Part shown: positions 49,405 through 57,290 of the stretch, one piece after another | How the letters are laid out: every line of letters begins with the position of its first letter | Numbering within the stretch: the stretch's first letter is position 1 | Virus record (IMG/VR): IMGVR_UViG_3300027763_000054 | Reading direction: 5' to 3' (one strand) | Length of the DNA stretch: 64,000 nucleotides | Source: an uncultured virus (IMG/VR IMGVR_UViG_3300027763_000054) | Lineage: Duplodnaviria > Heunggongvirae > Uroviricota > Caudoviricetes | Made by a program: the position numbers and the translations under genes | Notes under the pieces: model-generated | The model's database searches: none | Told to the model about the DNA's origin: nothing | What the model saw: the letters and a program-made list of their open reading frames with translations, nothing else

Positions 49405-49755
49405 TTATTGCTGTATGAAGCGATGTAAAATAAGTTCAAGACGCGGGGGCAGTGCCCGCCAGGTCCACCATAAGGAAGTTTATGAGAGATTTAGAATGGT
49501 ATCAGATAATTTTATGTTTGGCGGTTCCGTTAAACTACTTTTATTGGATAGTGTTACATAAATTCTTTATGATGGGCCTGACACAGGATCGATTGGGCAA
49601 AGAGTAACAAAGTGGACAGCTCGGCAAAGCAGAAGCCGTTAGGATTGGGGTAACCCGGTCGTAGAAGCAAAAAAGTAACCGCAAACGACTCACAGTTCGC
49701 ATTAGCTGCCTAAACTCAGCTTAGGGTAAGACATACCTCGTAACAGAAAATCAGA
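49405..49755 (+). ncRNA. ssrA: Circularly permuted two-piece tmRNA; tag ANDSQFALAA
   Basis: Acceptor piece: T-arm GCGGG-GGCAGTG-CCCGC plus CAGGTCC-ACCA ending at 49470. Coding piece starts GGGCCTG at 49574 and pairs with CAGGTCC including the G3:U70 pair. Tag ORF 49681-49713; AACAGAA at 49742. Outer ends are approximate. Confidence 0.92.
49482..49607 (+). CDS. 41-aa hydrophobic ORF in the tmRNA intervening segment
   Basis: AAGGA RBS; MRDLEWYQIILCLAVPLNYFYWIVLHKFFMMGLTQDRLGKE. Confidence 0.4.
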   Translation: MRDLEWYQIILCLAVPLNYFYWIVLHKFFMMGLTQDRLGKE

Positions 49756-49756
49756 T

Positions 49757-49780
49757 ACCCGCTTCGGCGGGTTTTCTTTT
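49757..49780 (+). terminator. Intrinsic terminator after tmRNA
   Basis: ACCCGC-TTCG-GCGGGT-TTTCTTTT. Confidence 0.9.
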
Positions 49781-49835
49781 GACCTTGTAATAAAACTTTA
49801 ACACAAAAAACTATGTTTAGGGAATAAATATAGGT

Positions 49836-50612
49836 ATGACAGATAAAACATACCGCTCGATATTTGTTAGTGATGTGCATCTTGGGACTAAAGATTGTCA
49901 GGCGGATAAGTTAAATAACTTTCTCAAACATAATACCTGTGATACATTATACCTAGTAGGTGATATAATAGATGCATGGCGTATACAACAAAATAAATGG
50001 CGATGGAAACAAAGCCATAGCAATGTAGTTCGTAGGGTATTAGGTCATGCTAAACGTGGTACCAGAGTTGTTTATGTAGCAGGAAACCACGACGAGTTCT
50101 TGAGACCAATGATACCGTATGGTTTTAGTTTTGGGTCTGTTGAAATATATAATCAGATAGAGCACATTGGTGCAGATGGGAAACGTTATCTAGTTACTCA
50201 CGGTGACTTGTTTGATGGCATAACCAGATTAGCACCATGGATAGCATTTTTAGGAGACAAAGCATATGATTTCATTTTATCGTTTAATAGCAAATTCAAT
50301 TGGGTACGCCATCGCTTTGGTTTTGGGTACTTTAGTATTAGTAAATATCTTAAGCACCAAGTAAAACAAGCTGTAGATTTTATGTTCAAGTTTGAACATA
50401 ACTTAGCCGCATATTGTAAAAAGCGCGGCTTTGATGGCGTTATATGTGGACACATACACCATGCTGAAATAAAGACAATAGATGGTGTTGCTTATATGAA
50501 TGATGGCGATTGGGTTGAGTCATGTACTGCCTTGGTAGAACACTGGGACGGTCATTGGGAAATCATTACTTGGACCAAGGAGAAAGACGATGTTAAAATC
50601 AATATCACTTAG
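49836..50612 (+). CDS. Metallophosphoesterase, UDP-2,3-diacylglucosamine hydrolase (LpxH)-like family
   Basis: SDVHLG, LVGDIID, GNHD, HGD, CGHIH, NDGDWVE. Confidence 0.85.
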   Translation: MTDKTYRSIFVSDVHLGTKDCQADKLNNFLKHNTCDTLYLVGDIIDAWRIQQNKWRWKQSHSNVVRRVLGHAKRGTRVVYVAGNHDEFLRPMIPYGFSFGSVEIYNQIEHIGADGKRYLVTHGDLFDGITRLAPWIAFLGDKAYDFILSFNSKFNWVRHRFGFGYFSISKYLKHQVKQAVDFMFKFEHNLAAYCKKRGFDGVICGHIHHAEIKTIDGVAYMNDGDWVESCTALVEHWDGHWEIITWTKEKDDVKINIT

Positions 50613-51312
50613 TGATAAAATTACTATAGTAGTGCCTTGTAAAAATGAAGAAAATTATATTCATCATTTGTTAGATTCTCTACGTTTACAAAACATAGGA
50701 ACCACTAGAATTATTATTGCTGATTGTTCTACTGACAATACCAGACAAGTTATAAAAAATAACAGCGTTGGATTAAATGTTGAAATTATCAATGGTGGTC
50801 CTGTTAGCATTGCCAAAAACAATGGAGCACAACTGGTCACTACTCCGTATATTTTATTCATTGATGCTGATGTTCGATTCTTTAAGAATACTGTTATACA
50901 AGATGCTGTCAATAATATTGAATCTAAGAACTTAGATTTGGTTGGATTAAATATCAAGTGCTACGATCGGGATATAAGAGCAAAGGTTGGATTCACTGCA
51001 TTTAACCTGATCAATCACACACTAAAATATTTCTCACCTTTTGCTGTTGGTGCATTCATGCTTACCCGTAGAGATCGGTTTGAAGAGTATGGCGGCTTCC
51101 CTGAACAGTTTTCAACCTCTGAGGACTATTTCTTATCTCGTAAATATAGCCCTAGAAAATTTAGAATCATACGACATCACTTTGGTCAGGATAGTCGTAG
51201 ATTCAAGAAGATGGGATACATGGGTATGGCCAAGTATCTAGTTAAGAACTTTGTTAATCGTAATAACAAGGCCTATTGGGATAGTCTAGACAACAGCAAG
51301 TATTGGAATTAA
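50590..51312 (+). CDS. GT2 glycosyltransferase
   Basis: IVVPCKNEE, IIADCSTD, LFIDAD, SED motifs. Confidence 0.88.
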   Translation: MLKSISLSDKITIVVPCKNEENYIHHLLDSLRLQNIGTTRIIIADCSTDNTRQVIKNNSVGLNVEIINGGPVSIAKNNGAQLVTTPYILFIDADVRFFKNTVIQDAVNNIESKNLDLVGLNIKCYDRDIRAKVGFTAFNLINHTLKYFSPFAVGAFMLTRRDRFEEYGGFPEQFSTSEDYFLSRKYSPRKFRIIRHHFGQDSRRFKKMGYMGMAKYLVKNFVNRNNKAYWDSLDNSKYWN

Positions 51313-51368
51313 TAAATTTTTACTATTACACCTATAAAAATATTTTCGGCAAAATGAACAATTTTTCT

Positions 51369-51397
51369 TTGACTTGGATGCTATATATTAGTATAAT
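51369..51397 (+). promoter_or_regulatory. sigma70 promoter for ahpC operon
   Basis: TTGACT-17-TATAAT. Confidence 0.75.
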
Positions 51398-51448
51398 AAC
51401 TTATCAGTATAAACACTAAGTTGGTACTTCATACAAAGGAAATTAAAA

Positions 51449-52009
51449 ATGAAAACAGTTGGTGATAAACTAACAGCATTTGCAGTTACAGGTGTTCGAC
51501 CAGGACAACCAGAAGACGCTTTCTATACGATTACAGAAAAATCATTTGAAGGTAAGTGGAAAGTAATTGTTTACTATCCAAAAGATTTTACATTCGTTTG
51601 CCCTACAGAGATTGTGGCATATGACAAGTTGTCACAAGACTTTGCTGACCGCGATGCAGTATTGCTTACAGGTAGCACAGACAACGAGTTCTGTAAAGTG
51701 GCATGGCAAAAGGCACACCCAGATCTACAAAAGATCACACATCACCAGTTTGCTGATACTGCTCGACATCAACCCGGCGAAGAACGTGGCAGTGTAAGTC
51801 TAATCGAACAACTGGGCGTATTCTATGCTCCAGCGGGTGCCGCACTTCGTGCCACATTCATCGTTGACCCAGAGAACGTTATCCAACACGTTACTGTCAA
51901 TAACTTGAACGTTGGTCGTAGCCCAGAAGAAACACTTCGTGTATTGGATGCGCTACAAACTGGCGAGTTATGTGCATGTAACCGCACAGTAGGTGGCGAG
52001 ACTCTATAA
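51449..52009 (+). CDS. ahpC: Peroxiredoxin
   Basis: YPKDFTFVCPTE, ALRATFIVDP, GRSPEE, GELCAC. Confidence 0.95.
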   Translation: MKTVGDKLTAFAVTGVRPGQPEDAFYTITEKSFEGKWKVIVYYPKDFTFVCPTEIVAYDKLSQDFADRDAVLLTGSTDNEFCKVAWQKAHPDLQKITHHQFADTARHQPGEERGSVSLIEQLGVFYAPAGAALRATFIVDPENVIQHVTVNNLNVGRSPEETLRVLDALQTGELCACNRTVGGETL

Positions 52010-52425
52010 TGTTAGATACAAAAAATGTTGATCGAGTTGGAAATACCCTAGTTGATATATTTCACCGATTGGCACTTTTTGGCATAGGTGCCGCTACAGT
52101 CTGGGCCGCTAGTTGGACGTTTTTTGAAATGTTCCAAAAGCACCATGCTGGAGTCGGCGACTTATTGCTGATGTTTATCTATTTAGAAATTGGGGCCATG
52201 GTTGGGATTTATTTTAGAACCAATCATATGCCTGTCAGGTTCTTACTTTACATAGCAATAACTGCACTGACCAGACACATGGTAGACATCATGAGTCACC
52301 AGCCCATCAACATTATTGAGATGCTGTCGGTGGCTGGTTCCACATTTGTTATTGCCATCAGTGTATTGGTTATTCGATATACCAGTGCAAAGTTTCCCAG
52401 TGATAAACGAGATGAGGTAGCATAA
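52009..52425 (+). CDS. psiE: PsiE-family membrane protein
   Basis: Four hydrophobic helices; LLLMFIYLE...YF...H.PVRFLLYIAITALTR. Confidence 0.85.
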   Translation: MLDTKNVDRVGNTLVDIFHRLALFGIGAATVWAASWTFFEMFQKHHAGVGDLLLMFIYLEIGAMVGIYFRTNHMPVRFLLYIAITALTRHMVDIMSHQPINIIEMLSVAGSTFVIAISVLVIRYTSAKFPSDKRDEVA

Positions 52426-52426
52426 A

Positions 52427-52933
52427 ATGAGTTTTATTGAATCAGTTAAAGGTGCATTGCCAGACTACGCAAAAGACACCAAGTTAAACCTTGATGCTGT
52501 GCTTTTGCGTAGCACACTAGATGCAGATGTGGCTATGGGGTGTGCAGTGGCCGCCCTGGCCGCAACTGGCAACGGTAAAATCCTATCAGTAATTTTAGCA
52601 GACGCACCTGTATATGCTGAGTCAGCAATGACTGCGGCATCAATTATGGCGCAAAACAATGTCTGGTATCCCTACGTTGAAATGGCCAATGATCCAGCAC
52701 TAAAAGGACTGCCAGCTGGCCTACGTATGAACGCTATTGCTAACCATGGCGGAACTACTAAATCAAACTTTGAAGCATTTAGTCTTGCCGCAAGTATTGT
52801 TGGCAAGTGTCATTTCTGTGTTAAAGCACATTACGAAACATTGAAGACAGAAGGCTATACTGTAGAACAACTTCGTGACATTGGCCGTATTGCCAGCGTG
52901 ATGAACTCTGTTGCCAAGGTACTAAACAGTTAG
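52427..52933 (+). CDS. ahpD: Alkylhydroperoxidase
   Basis: LPDYAKD..LNL, MAQNNVWY, E..SLAAS...KCHFCVKAH. Confidence 0.92.
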   Translation: MSFIESVKGALPDYAKDTKLNLDAVLLRSTLDADVAMGCAVAALAATGNGKILSVILADAPVYAESAMTAASIMAQNNVWYPYVEMANDPALKGLPAGLRMNAIANHGGTTKSNFEAFSLAASIVGKCHFCVKAHYETLKTEGYTVEQLRDIGRIASVMNSVAKVLNS

Positions 52934-52940
52934 TTTCAGG

Positions 52941-52966
52941 GTTGACAAGAATCTTGTCAACTTTTT
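52941..52966 (+). terminator. Hairpin plus T tract after ahpD
   Basis: GTTGACAAGA-A-TCTTGTCAAC-TTTTT. Confidence 0.55.
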
Positions 52967-53004
52967 GGCTGACCAATGCGTTATATGTGTATAGGAGTAA
53001 CGCT

Positions 53005-53148
53005 ATGCCAGCTGTTCCAGATAACGATCAAACCAAGCCTGATAAAAACGAAACATCAGAAAGTCTGTTGTTAGCAGAATTATTGAGAAAATCATGCCCC
53101 GAGTGTGATAAAAAGCGTACTGGTCCTTGTAAATGTAAAGAAAAATAA
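53005..53148 (+). CDS. Small Cys-containing protein
   Basis: AGGAG RBS; CPEC...CKC. Confidence 0.45.
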   Translation: MPAVPDNDQTKPDKNETSESLLLAELLRKSCPECDKKRTGPCKCKEK

Positions 53149-53204
53149 CACTTGACTTTATGGACATTTTCTGTTATACTACTAGTATCAGAAAGGAGTC
53201 AAAT

Positions 53205-53705
53205 ATGGAAATTGTTGAAAGAGCTAGAATTTTTGCTACAGCGGCCCACTCGGCCGTTGCTCAAATGCGTAAGTACACCTTTGAGCCTTACATTGTTCAC
53301 CCTGCTGAAGTTGCTGGCATTGTTGCTACAGTGGATCACACTCCTGAGATGCTGGCCGCGGCATGGTTACATGACGTTGTCGAAGACACTGGTGTTACCA
53401 ACGAAGTGATTCGTGCTGAGTTTGGTGACAAGATTGCTGAATTGGTAGGATGGTTAACTGATGTGAGCCGACCTGAACAAGGCAATCGTGCTGTTCGTAA
53501 GGCTATTGATCGTGCTCATACAGCCGCCGCGCCAGCTGAAGCACAAACAATCAAGTTGGCTGATTTAATCTCCAACACCAAGAGCATTGTTGAACATGAC
53601 GAAAAGTTTGCTCGCACATACTTGGAAGAAAAAAGATTGTTATTGGAAGTAATGACTCGTGGCGATGCAAAGTTGCTTGCTATTGCTCAGAGCCACATTG
53701 GATAA
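53205..53705 (+). CDS. HD-domain hydrolase, Mesh1/SpoT-HD (small alarmone hydrolase)-like
   Basis: AH..Q.RK, PYIVHP, WLHDVVEDT, IKLADLISN; TTGACT-17-TATACT promoter at 53152. Confidence 0.85.
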   Translation: MEIVERARIFATAAHSAVAQMRKYTFEPYIVHPAEVAGIVATVDHTPEMLAAAWLHDVVEDTGVTNEVIRAEFGDKIAELVGWLTDVSRPEQGNRAVRKAIDRAHTAAAPAEAQTIKLADLISNTKSIVEHDEKFARTYLEEKRLLLEVMTRGDAKLLAIAQSHIG

Positions 53706-53708
53706 TAC

Positions 53709-54173
53709 ATGCCACGTTGTTATCAATTAATCGGAGTCCCGGGTAGTGGAAAATCTACCTGGGCCTCTAATCAAGAATGGATAGGCAAATGTGCCTGGAT
53801 ATCCACTGATCAATATGTTGAAGAATGGGCCAAGTCTGTTGGCAAGACCTATAGTGAAGTCTTTGAAGAATATATGCCAACGGCAGTTGCTCGCATGGCT
53901 GGAGCTGTCAATGGTGCAAAAAGTATTGGCAAAGACATTGTATGGGACCAAACCAGTACTACAGTTAAGAGTCGAACCAGAAAGTTTAATATGCTTCCTG
54001 ACTATGAACACATTGCCATTGTGTTTCAAACACCTAAACCTGATGAACTTGTTCGACGTCTTGCCAGTAGGCCAGGTAAAGTTATTCCTAATGAAGTAAT
54101 GCAGTCCATGATTAACGATTGGGAAGAACCCACAGAGGATGAAGGCTTCAAGGAAATTTGGTATGCCTACTAG
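53709..54173 (+). CDS. P-loop kinase (polynucleotide kinase-like)
   Basis: GVPGSGKSTW, ISTD, VWDQT, RxxxR lid, PTEDEGF. Confidence 0.8.
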   Translation: MPRCYQLIGVPGSGKSTWASNQEWIGKCAWISTDQYVEEWAKSVGKTYSEVFEEYMPTAVARMAGAVNGAKSIGKDIVWDQTSTTVKSRTRKFNMLPDYEHIAIVFQTPKPDELVRRLASRPGKVIPNEVMQSMINDWEEPTEDEGFKEIWYAY

Positions 54174-54189
54174 AAGATAATTAAAAATA

Positions 54190-54723
54190 ATGAAAACATG
54201 GATAACATCAGACATACATTTCTATCATGCTAACATTTTAAAGTTTTGTCATGCTACCCGGCCCTACTACGATGTTGAAGAAATGAATCAAAAAATAGTA
54301 GAGTCGTGGAACAGCATGATTGACCAATACGACACAGTTTACATTTTAGGTGATGTGGCTTTTGCCAATGCTTATGATGCTTCTAAAATTGTAAATCGTT
54401 GTAATGGTAATAAAATCCTTGTCAAAGGCAATCACGACACCAAGCTTTTACAAGAACCACTTTTTACCAATTGCTTTGAATCTATACATGACTACCTTGA
54501 AGTTGGATACAATGGTCATCGCTTAGTGTTGTTTCACTTTCCAATTTGGGAGTGGGATAGAATGTATCACGGTGCTGTACATTTTCACGGACATTGTCAT
54601 GCTAGGCCAACTGGCATTCCGGGGAGAATCTTAGACGTGTCAATGGACGGAAACGCCTGTTTGCCATACAGCATGGACGAAGCCATTGCTATAGCATCAA
54701 AAAACGCCATAAGAACCCGTTAA
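54190..54723 (+). CDS. Calcineurin-like metallophosphoesterase
   Basis: SDIHF, LGD, GNHD, HFP, HGHCH. Confidence 0.88.
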   Translation: MKTWITSDIHFYHANILKFCHATRPYYDVEEMNQKIVESWNSMIDQYDTVYILGDVAFANAYDASKIVNRCNGNKILVKGNHDTKLLQEPLFTNCFESIHDYLEVGYNGHRLVLFHFPIWEWDRMYHGAVHFHGHCHARPTGIPGRILDVSMDGNACLPYSMDEAIAIASKNAIRTR

Positions 54724-54733
54724 AACCGCATTT

Positions 54734-54819
54734 TGTTGTAAAAATACCACAAAAATACCCTACTTTTTGTAGGGTTTTTGCTAAAAATGGTTGACCATTG
54801 GGCCAAAACGCCTTATAAT
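54734..54819 (+). promoter_or_regulatory. Early promoter with upstream TGTTG-N8-CCACA palindrome
   Basis: Palindrome at 54734-54751; TTGACC(54791)-17-TATAAT(54814). Confidence 0.75.
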
Positions 54820-54850
54820 ACATACATGAACAGCAAAAAAGGAGTTTACA

Positions 54851-55063
54851 ATGTTTGAAACTTGCGTAAATCAACTTGTTAAGGTAACACTTACAAACGA
54901 AACTGTTAAAACCGAATGGTTTAACGGTACTCTTTTTGTTAGCACTATTAACGAATCTCAAGCTCGTAGTGTATTTCACAGACTGTCTTCAACTTTGGGC
55001 CTAGGTAAAGTACATGTAAGCCCAATTGGTGACACTGGCGAATACGCATTTGATTTCGTTTAA
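54851..55063 (+). CDS. Small early hypothetical protein
   Basis: AAGGAG RBS, own promoter. Confidence 0.7.
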   Translation: MFETCVNQLVKVTLTNETVKTEWFNGTLFVSTINESQARSVFHRLSSTLGLGKVHVSPIGDTGEYAFDFV

Positions 55064-55069
55064 AAACGG

Positions 55070-55098
55070 TTGACCAAAAGGTCCAGATACTATATAAT
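55070..55098 (+). promoter_or_regulatory. Early sigma70 promoter
   Basis: TTGACC-17-TATAAT followed by the conserved ACATAGACAGCAAAAAG leader. Confidence 0.75.
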
Positions 55099-55127
55099 AG
55101 ACACATAGACAGCAAAAAGTAATTAGT

Positions 55128-55403
55128 ATGCGAACACCAACAATCATAGACGGCTTCAAAAATAGTCAAAAATTTCGTGTTATTTTCAAGGGCGATGGCA
55201 GTGAAAACGACATTGGCATGTATCTTACAATCAAGCAAATGAGCGAACAGTTTGCCACAGTTAACGCTCGCAGTCTTTGCTATGATGCCATGAATATGCT
55301 GGCAGTTGAGCGTGAATTGGCAAAATCTCTGCGTACCAAAGCTATCCCCACAGGACTTGGTACTACAATCCGCGGCAAGCAAATTCAAGTAGATTTGGTC
55401 TAA
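55128..55403 (+). CDS. Small early hypothetical protein
   Basis: 91-aa ORF after promoter. Confidence 0.65.
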   Translation: MRTPTIIDGFKNSQKFRVIFKGDGSENDIGMYLTIKQMSEQFATVNARSLCYDAMNMLAVERELAKSLRTKAIPTGLGTTIRGKQIQVDLV

Positions 55404-55414
55404 GGAGATATAAA

Positions 55415-55642
55415 ATGACACTAATTAAAGAAACCCGTTATAGCACACGCCATGGTGGCCCTTATGACCGTGGTTCAGCTGACAGCTATTACGGTCGTGG
55501 TTATAATCCTCACTACTTTGTTGGTGATTCATATTCCAGCACAAAGGTAGAGTTGCGTGATATGACTGTAGAGGAAATTGTAGCCTATTCTGCAGGCTTC
55601 GAAGACAATGAAAAATCTGGTGATAAAAAGGAGTGGGCATAA
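55415..55642 (+). CDS. Small early hypothetical protein
   Basis: AAGGAG RBS; HGGPYDRGSADSYY motif. Confidence 0.75.
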   Translation: MTLIKETRYSTRHGGPYDRGSADSYYGRGYNPHYFVGDSYSSTKVELRDMTVEEIVAYSAGFEDNEKSGDKKEWA

Positions 55643-55866
55643 TGAATTCAAATATACAAGCATTGATTTCTAAGTATGCAGAAATCTTGGATCGTGATCC
55701 ATTGGATCAAATGGAAGACACTCAAACGATTCTAGCTCACTTCACTCAAGCATTGGCTACAGAGCTAGGTGAAATTGTAGTTGCGGATCCTATCAAAGAT
55801 GGTGTACGCATGTACTTTGATGAAAAAATTGCCCGTTATGTAATTAAGAAAAGTGTAGGATTGTAA
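55642..55866 (+). CDS. Small hypothetical protein
   Basis: TAATG coupling, AGGAG upstream. Confidence 0.6.
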   Translation: MNSNIQALISKYAEILDRDPLDQMEDTQTILAHFTQALATELGEIVVADPIKDGVRMYFDEKIARYVIKKSVGL

Positions 55867-55868
55867 TA

Positions 55869-56075
55869 ATGAACAAACGAATTAAAGAACTTGCCAAACA
55901 GGCTACTACTGTTATTGAAGCAACTGACTACAGTGGTGAAGGTTGGATCTTTAATAAAGAAAAGTTCGCCGAGTTGATTGTGGCAGAAATGTTAGTGACT
56001 TGTGAAGAGCATCCTGCTTGGACTGGTCGTATGATTGGTGAGCAGATTAAACAACATTTCGGAGTTGAAGAATGA
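55869..56075 (+). CDS. Small hypothetical protein
   Basis: MNKRIKELA...EKFAELIV...IKQHFGVE, a pattern common in large phages. Confidence 0.7.
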   Translation: MNKRIKELAKQATTVIEATDYSGEGWIFNKEKFAELIVAEMLVTCEEHPAWTGRMIGEQIKQHFGVEE

Positions 56076-56158
56076 TGCAGGCTATTACAAATTTGGTTGT
56101 TGTTATGTTGCCCGTGATTGTCATGGGTCTGGCAATTGTTTTGAAAGGTGGCTTTTAA
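56072..56158 (+). CDS. 28-aa hydrophobic peptide
   Basis: GGAG RBS, ATGA overlap; MMQAITNLVVVMLPVIVMGLAIVLKGGF. Confidence 0.4.
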   Translation: MMQAITNLVVVMLPVIVMGLAIVLKGGF

Positions 56159-56220
56159 AAGTCGTTGACAACAATGCAGTAAGATATTAAAATAAGTATT
56201 CAACATTTAAAGGAAACATT

Positions 56221-56388
56221 ATGACTTGCAGAGGTTATGACTCAAAGGCAGTTAAACTGCCAAAATCAATCAAACGCCAAGCGGCGCAGGAAATTAATCC
56301 TGCTAAACGTGGCGACATGATTCGTAGTTATGTAAAAATTCTTGAATCAGAATTACGTGTCAGTAAAAGTTCAAAATCTGAAAAATAA
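56221..56388 (+). CDS. Small basic protein (55 aa, below ORF-track cutoff)
   Basis: TTGACA(56165)-17-TAAAAT promoter, AAGGA RBS; MTCRGYDSKAVKLPKSIKR... Confidence 0.65.
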   Translation: MTCRGYDSKAVKLPKSIKRQAAQEINPAKRGDMIRSYVKILESELRVSKSSKSEK

Positions 56389-56391
56389 TAC

Positions 56392-56637
56392 ATGGGAAGT
56401 CTAACAGCTTACTTTGAGAAGGATGCTTACCAGCCCAAATACTTTTTAGGTGATAGAGTATTTGGTCGTTGGAACAAGATACCTTTTATTGGTTCAGTGG
56501 GCAACGACACTGTGATCAGCTTAATCGAAGGCCCACGCATTTCAATACTGTTAGACCTACCTATTAAATTTAATGACCGCATACACAATGTCATTATAGT
56601 AAAACACAAAGATATTAAACCATTGATTGAATTCTAA
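56392..56637 (+). CDS. Small hypothetical protein
   Basis: 81-aa ORF following in operon. Confidence 0.6.
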   Translation: MGSLTAYFEKDAYQPKYFLGDRVFGRWNKIPFIGSVGNDTVISLIEGPRISILLDLPIKFNDRIHNVIIVKHKDIKPLIEF

Positions 56638-57290
56638 GGTAAAGAAAAGGTCCACACATCGTAACCCTTTTCTTCCATGTAATCAAATGGTATCCAGCAG
56701 TATCCGTGATCTCCCCAAAATTTCCCAAAACTATTCTTAGCAAGTAATAATTTCTTGTCGAGGTCATAGCCTACCAGGCACATGGCATGTCCTGTTTTTT
56801 CATTGTTGGGAGTTGGCATTTGTATGACAGGATTTGTTATGCTGGTATATTGGAAATCGTTTGAAATAACAATCCCAAATACAACAGGCTGATTGCGATT
56901 TAAGGTTTCAATTGTTTGTTCAATGTCCACAATTGATTTAACATTTGATATGTTACGAGAAACAGCATCTTTATAACAAGCATCAGGGGGTACGACATTA
57001 AATTTTTCAATGTCGTACGGCCACAAGGACTCGGAACAAAGTCCAAATTTCTTAACACCATCTAATGCGTCGGATATAAAAGTACCAGTATCTTCTTCGA
57101 CTGTGCCTGATATTAAACGAGCATTATAGTAGATGAAAAGTCGACTAATTTCAATAAAAGTTTTGGGTCTGTATTGCATGACCAACATCTCATAGGCATT
57201 TGAAATTGCATTTGCACTACAACTACCTAGATAATATTGGTCTTCAACAACACCTGCACTTTCTCTTAAATCGACTTTAGATCGAATCAT
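56634..57290 (-). CDS. Papain-family (C1A) cysteine protease
   Basis: VDLR..VEDQ..LGSC (Q, C), GHAMCLVGY (H), KNSFG..WG..GY (N). Confidence 0.92.
   Translation of the reverse strand: MIRSKVDLRESAGVVEDQYYLGSCSANAISNAYEMLVMQYRPKTFIEISRLFIYYNARLISGTVEEDTGTFISDALDGVKKFGLCSESLWPYDIEKFNVVPPDACYKDAVSRNISNVKSIVDIEQTIETLNRNQPVVFGIVISNDFQYTSITNPVIQMPTPNNEKTGHAMCLVGYDLDKKLLLAKNSFGKFWGDHGYCWIPFDYMEEKGYDVWTFSLP

Noticed and set aside
49440..49470. Stand-alone tRNA gene
   Set aside because: No D arm or anticodon arm upstream; the pairing 5' strand lies downstream at 49574, which fits a permuted tmRNA.
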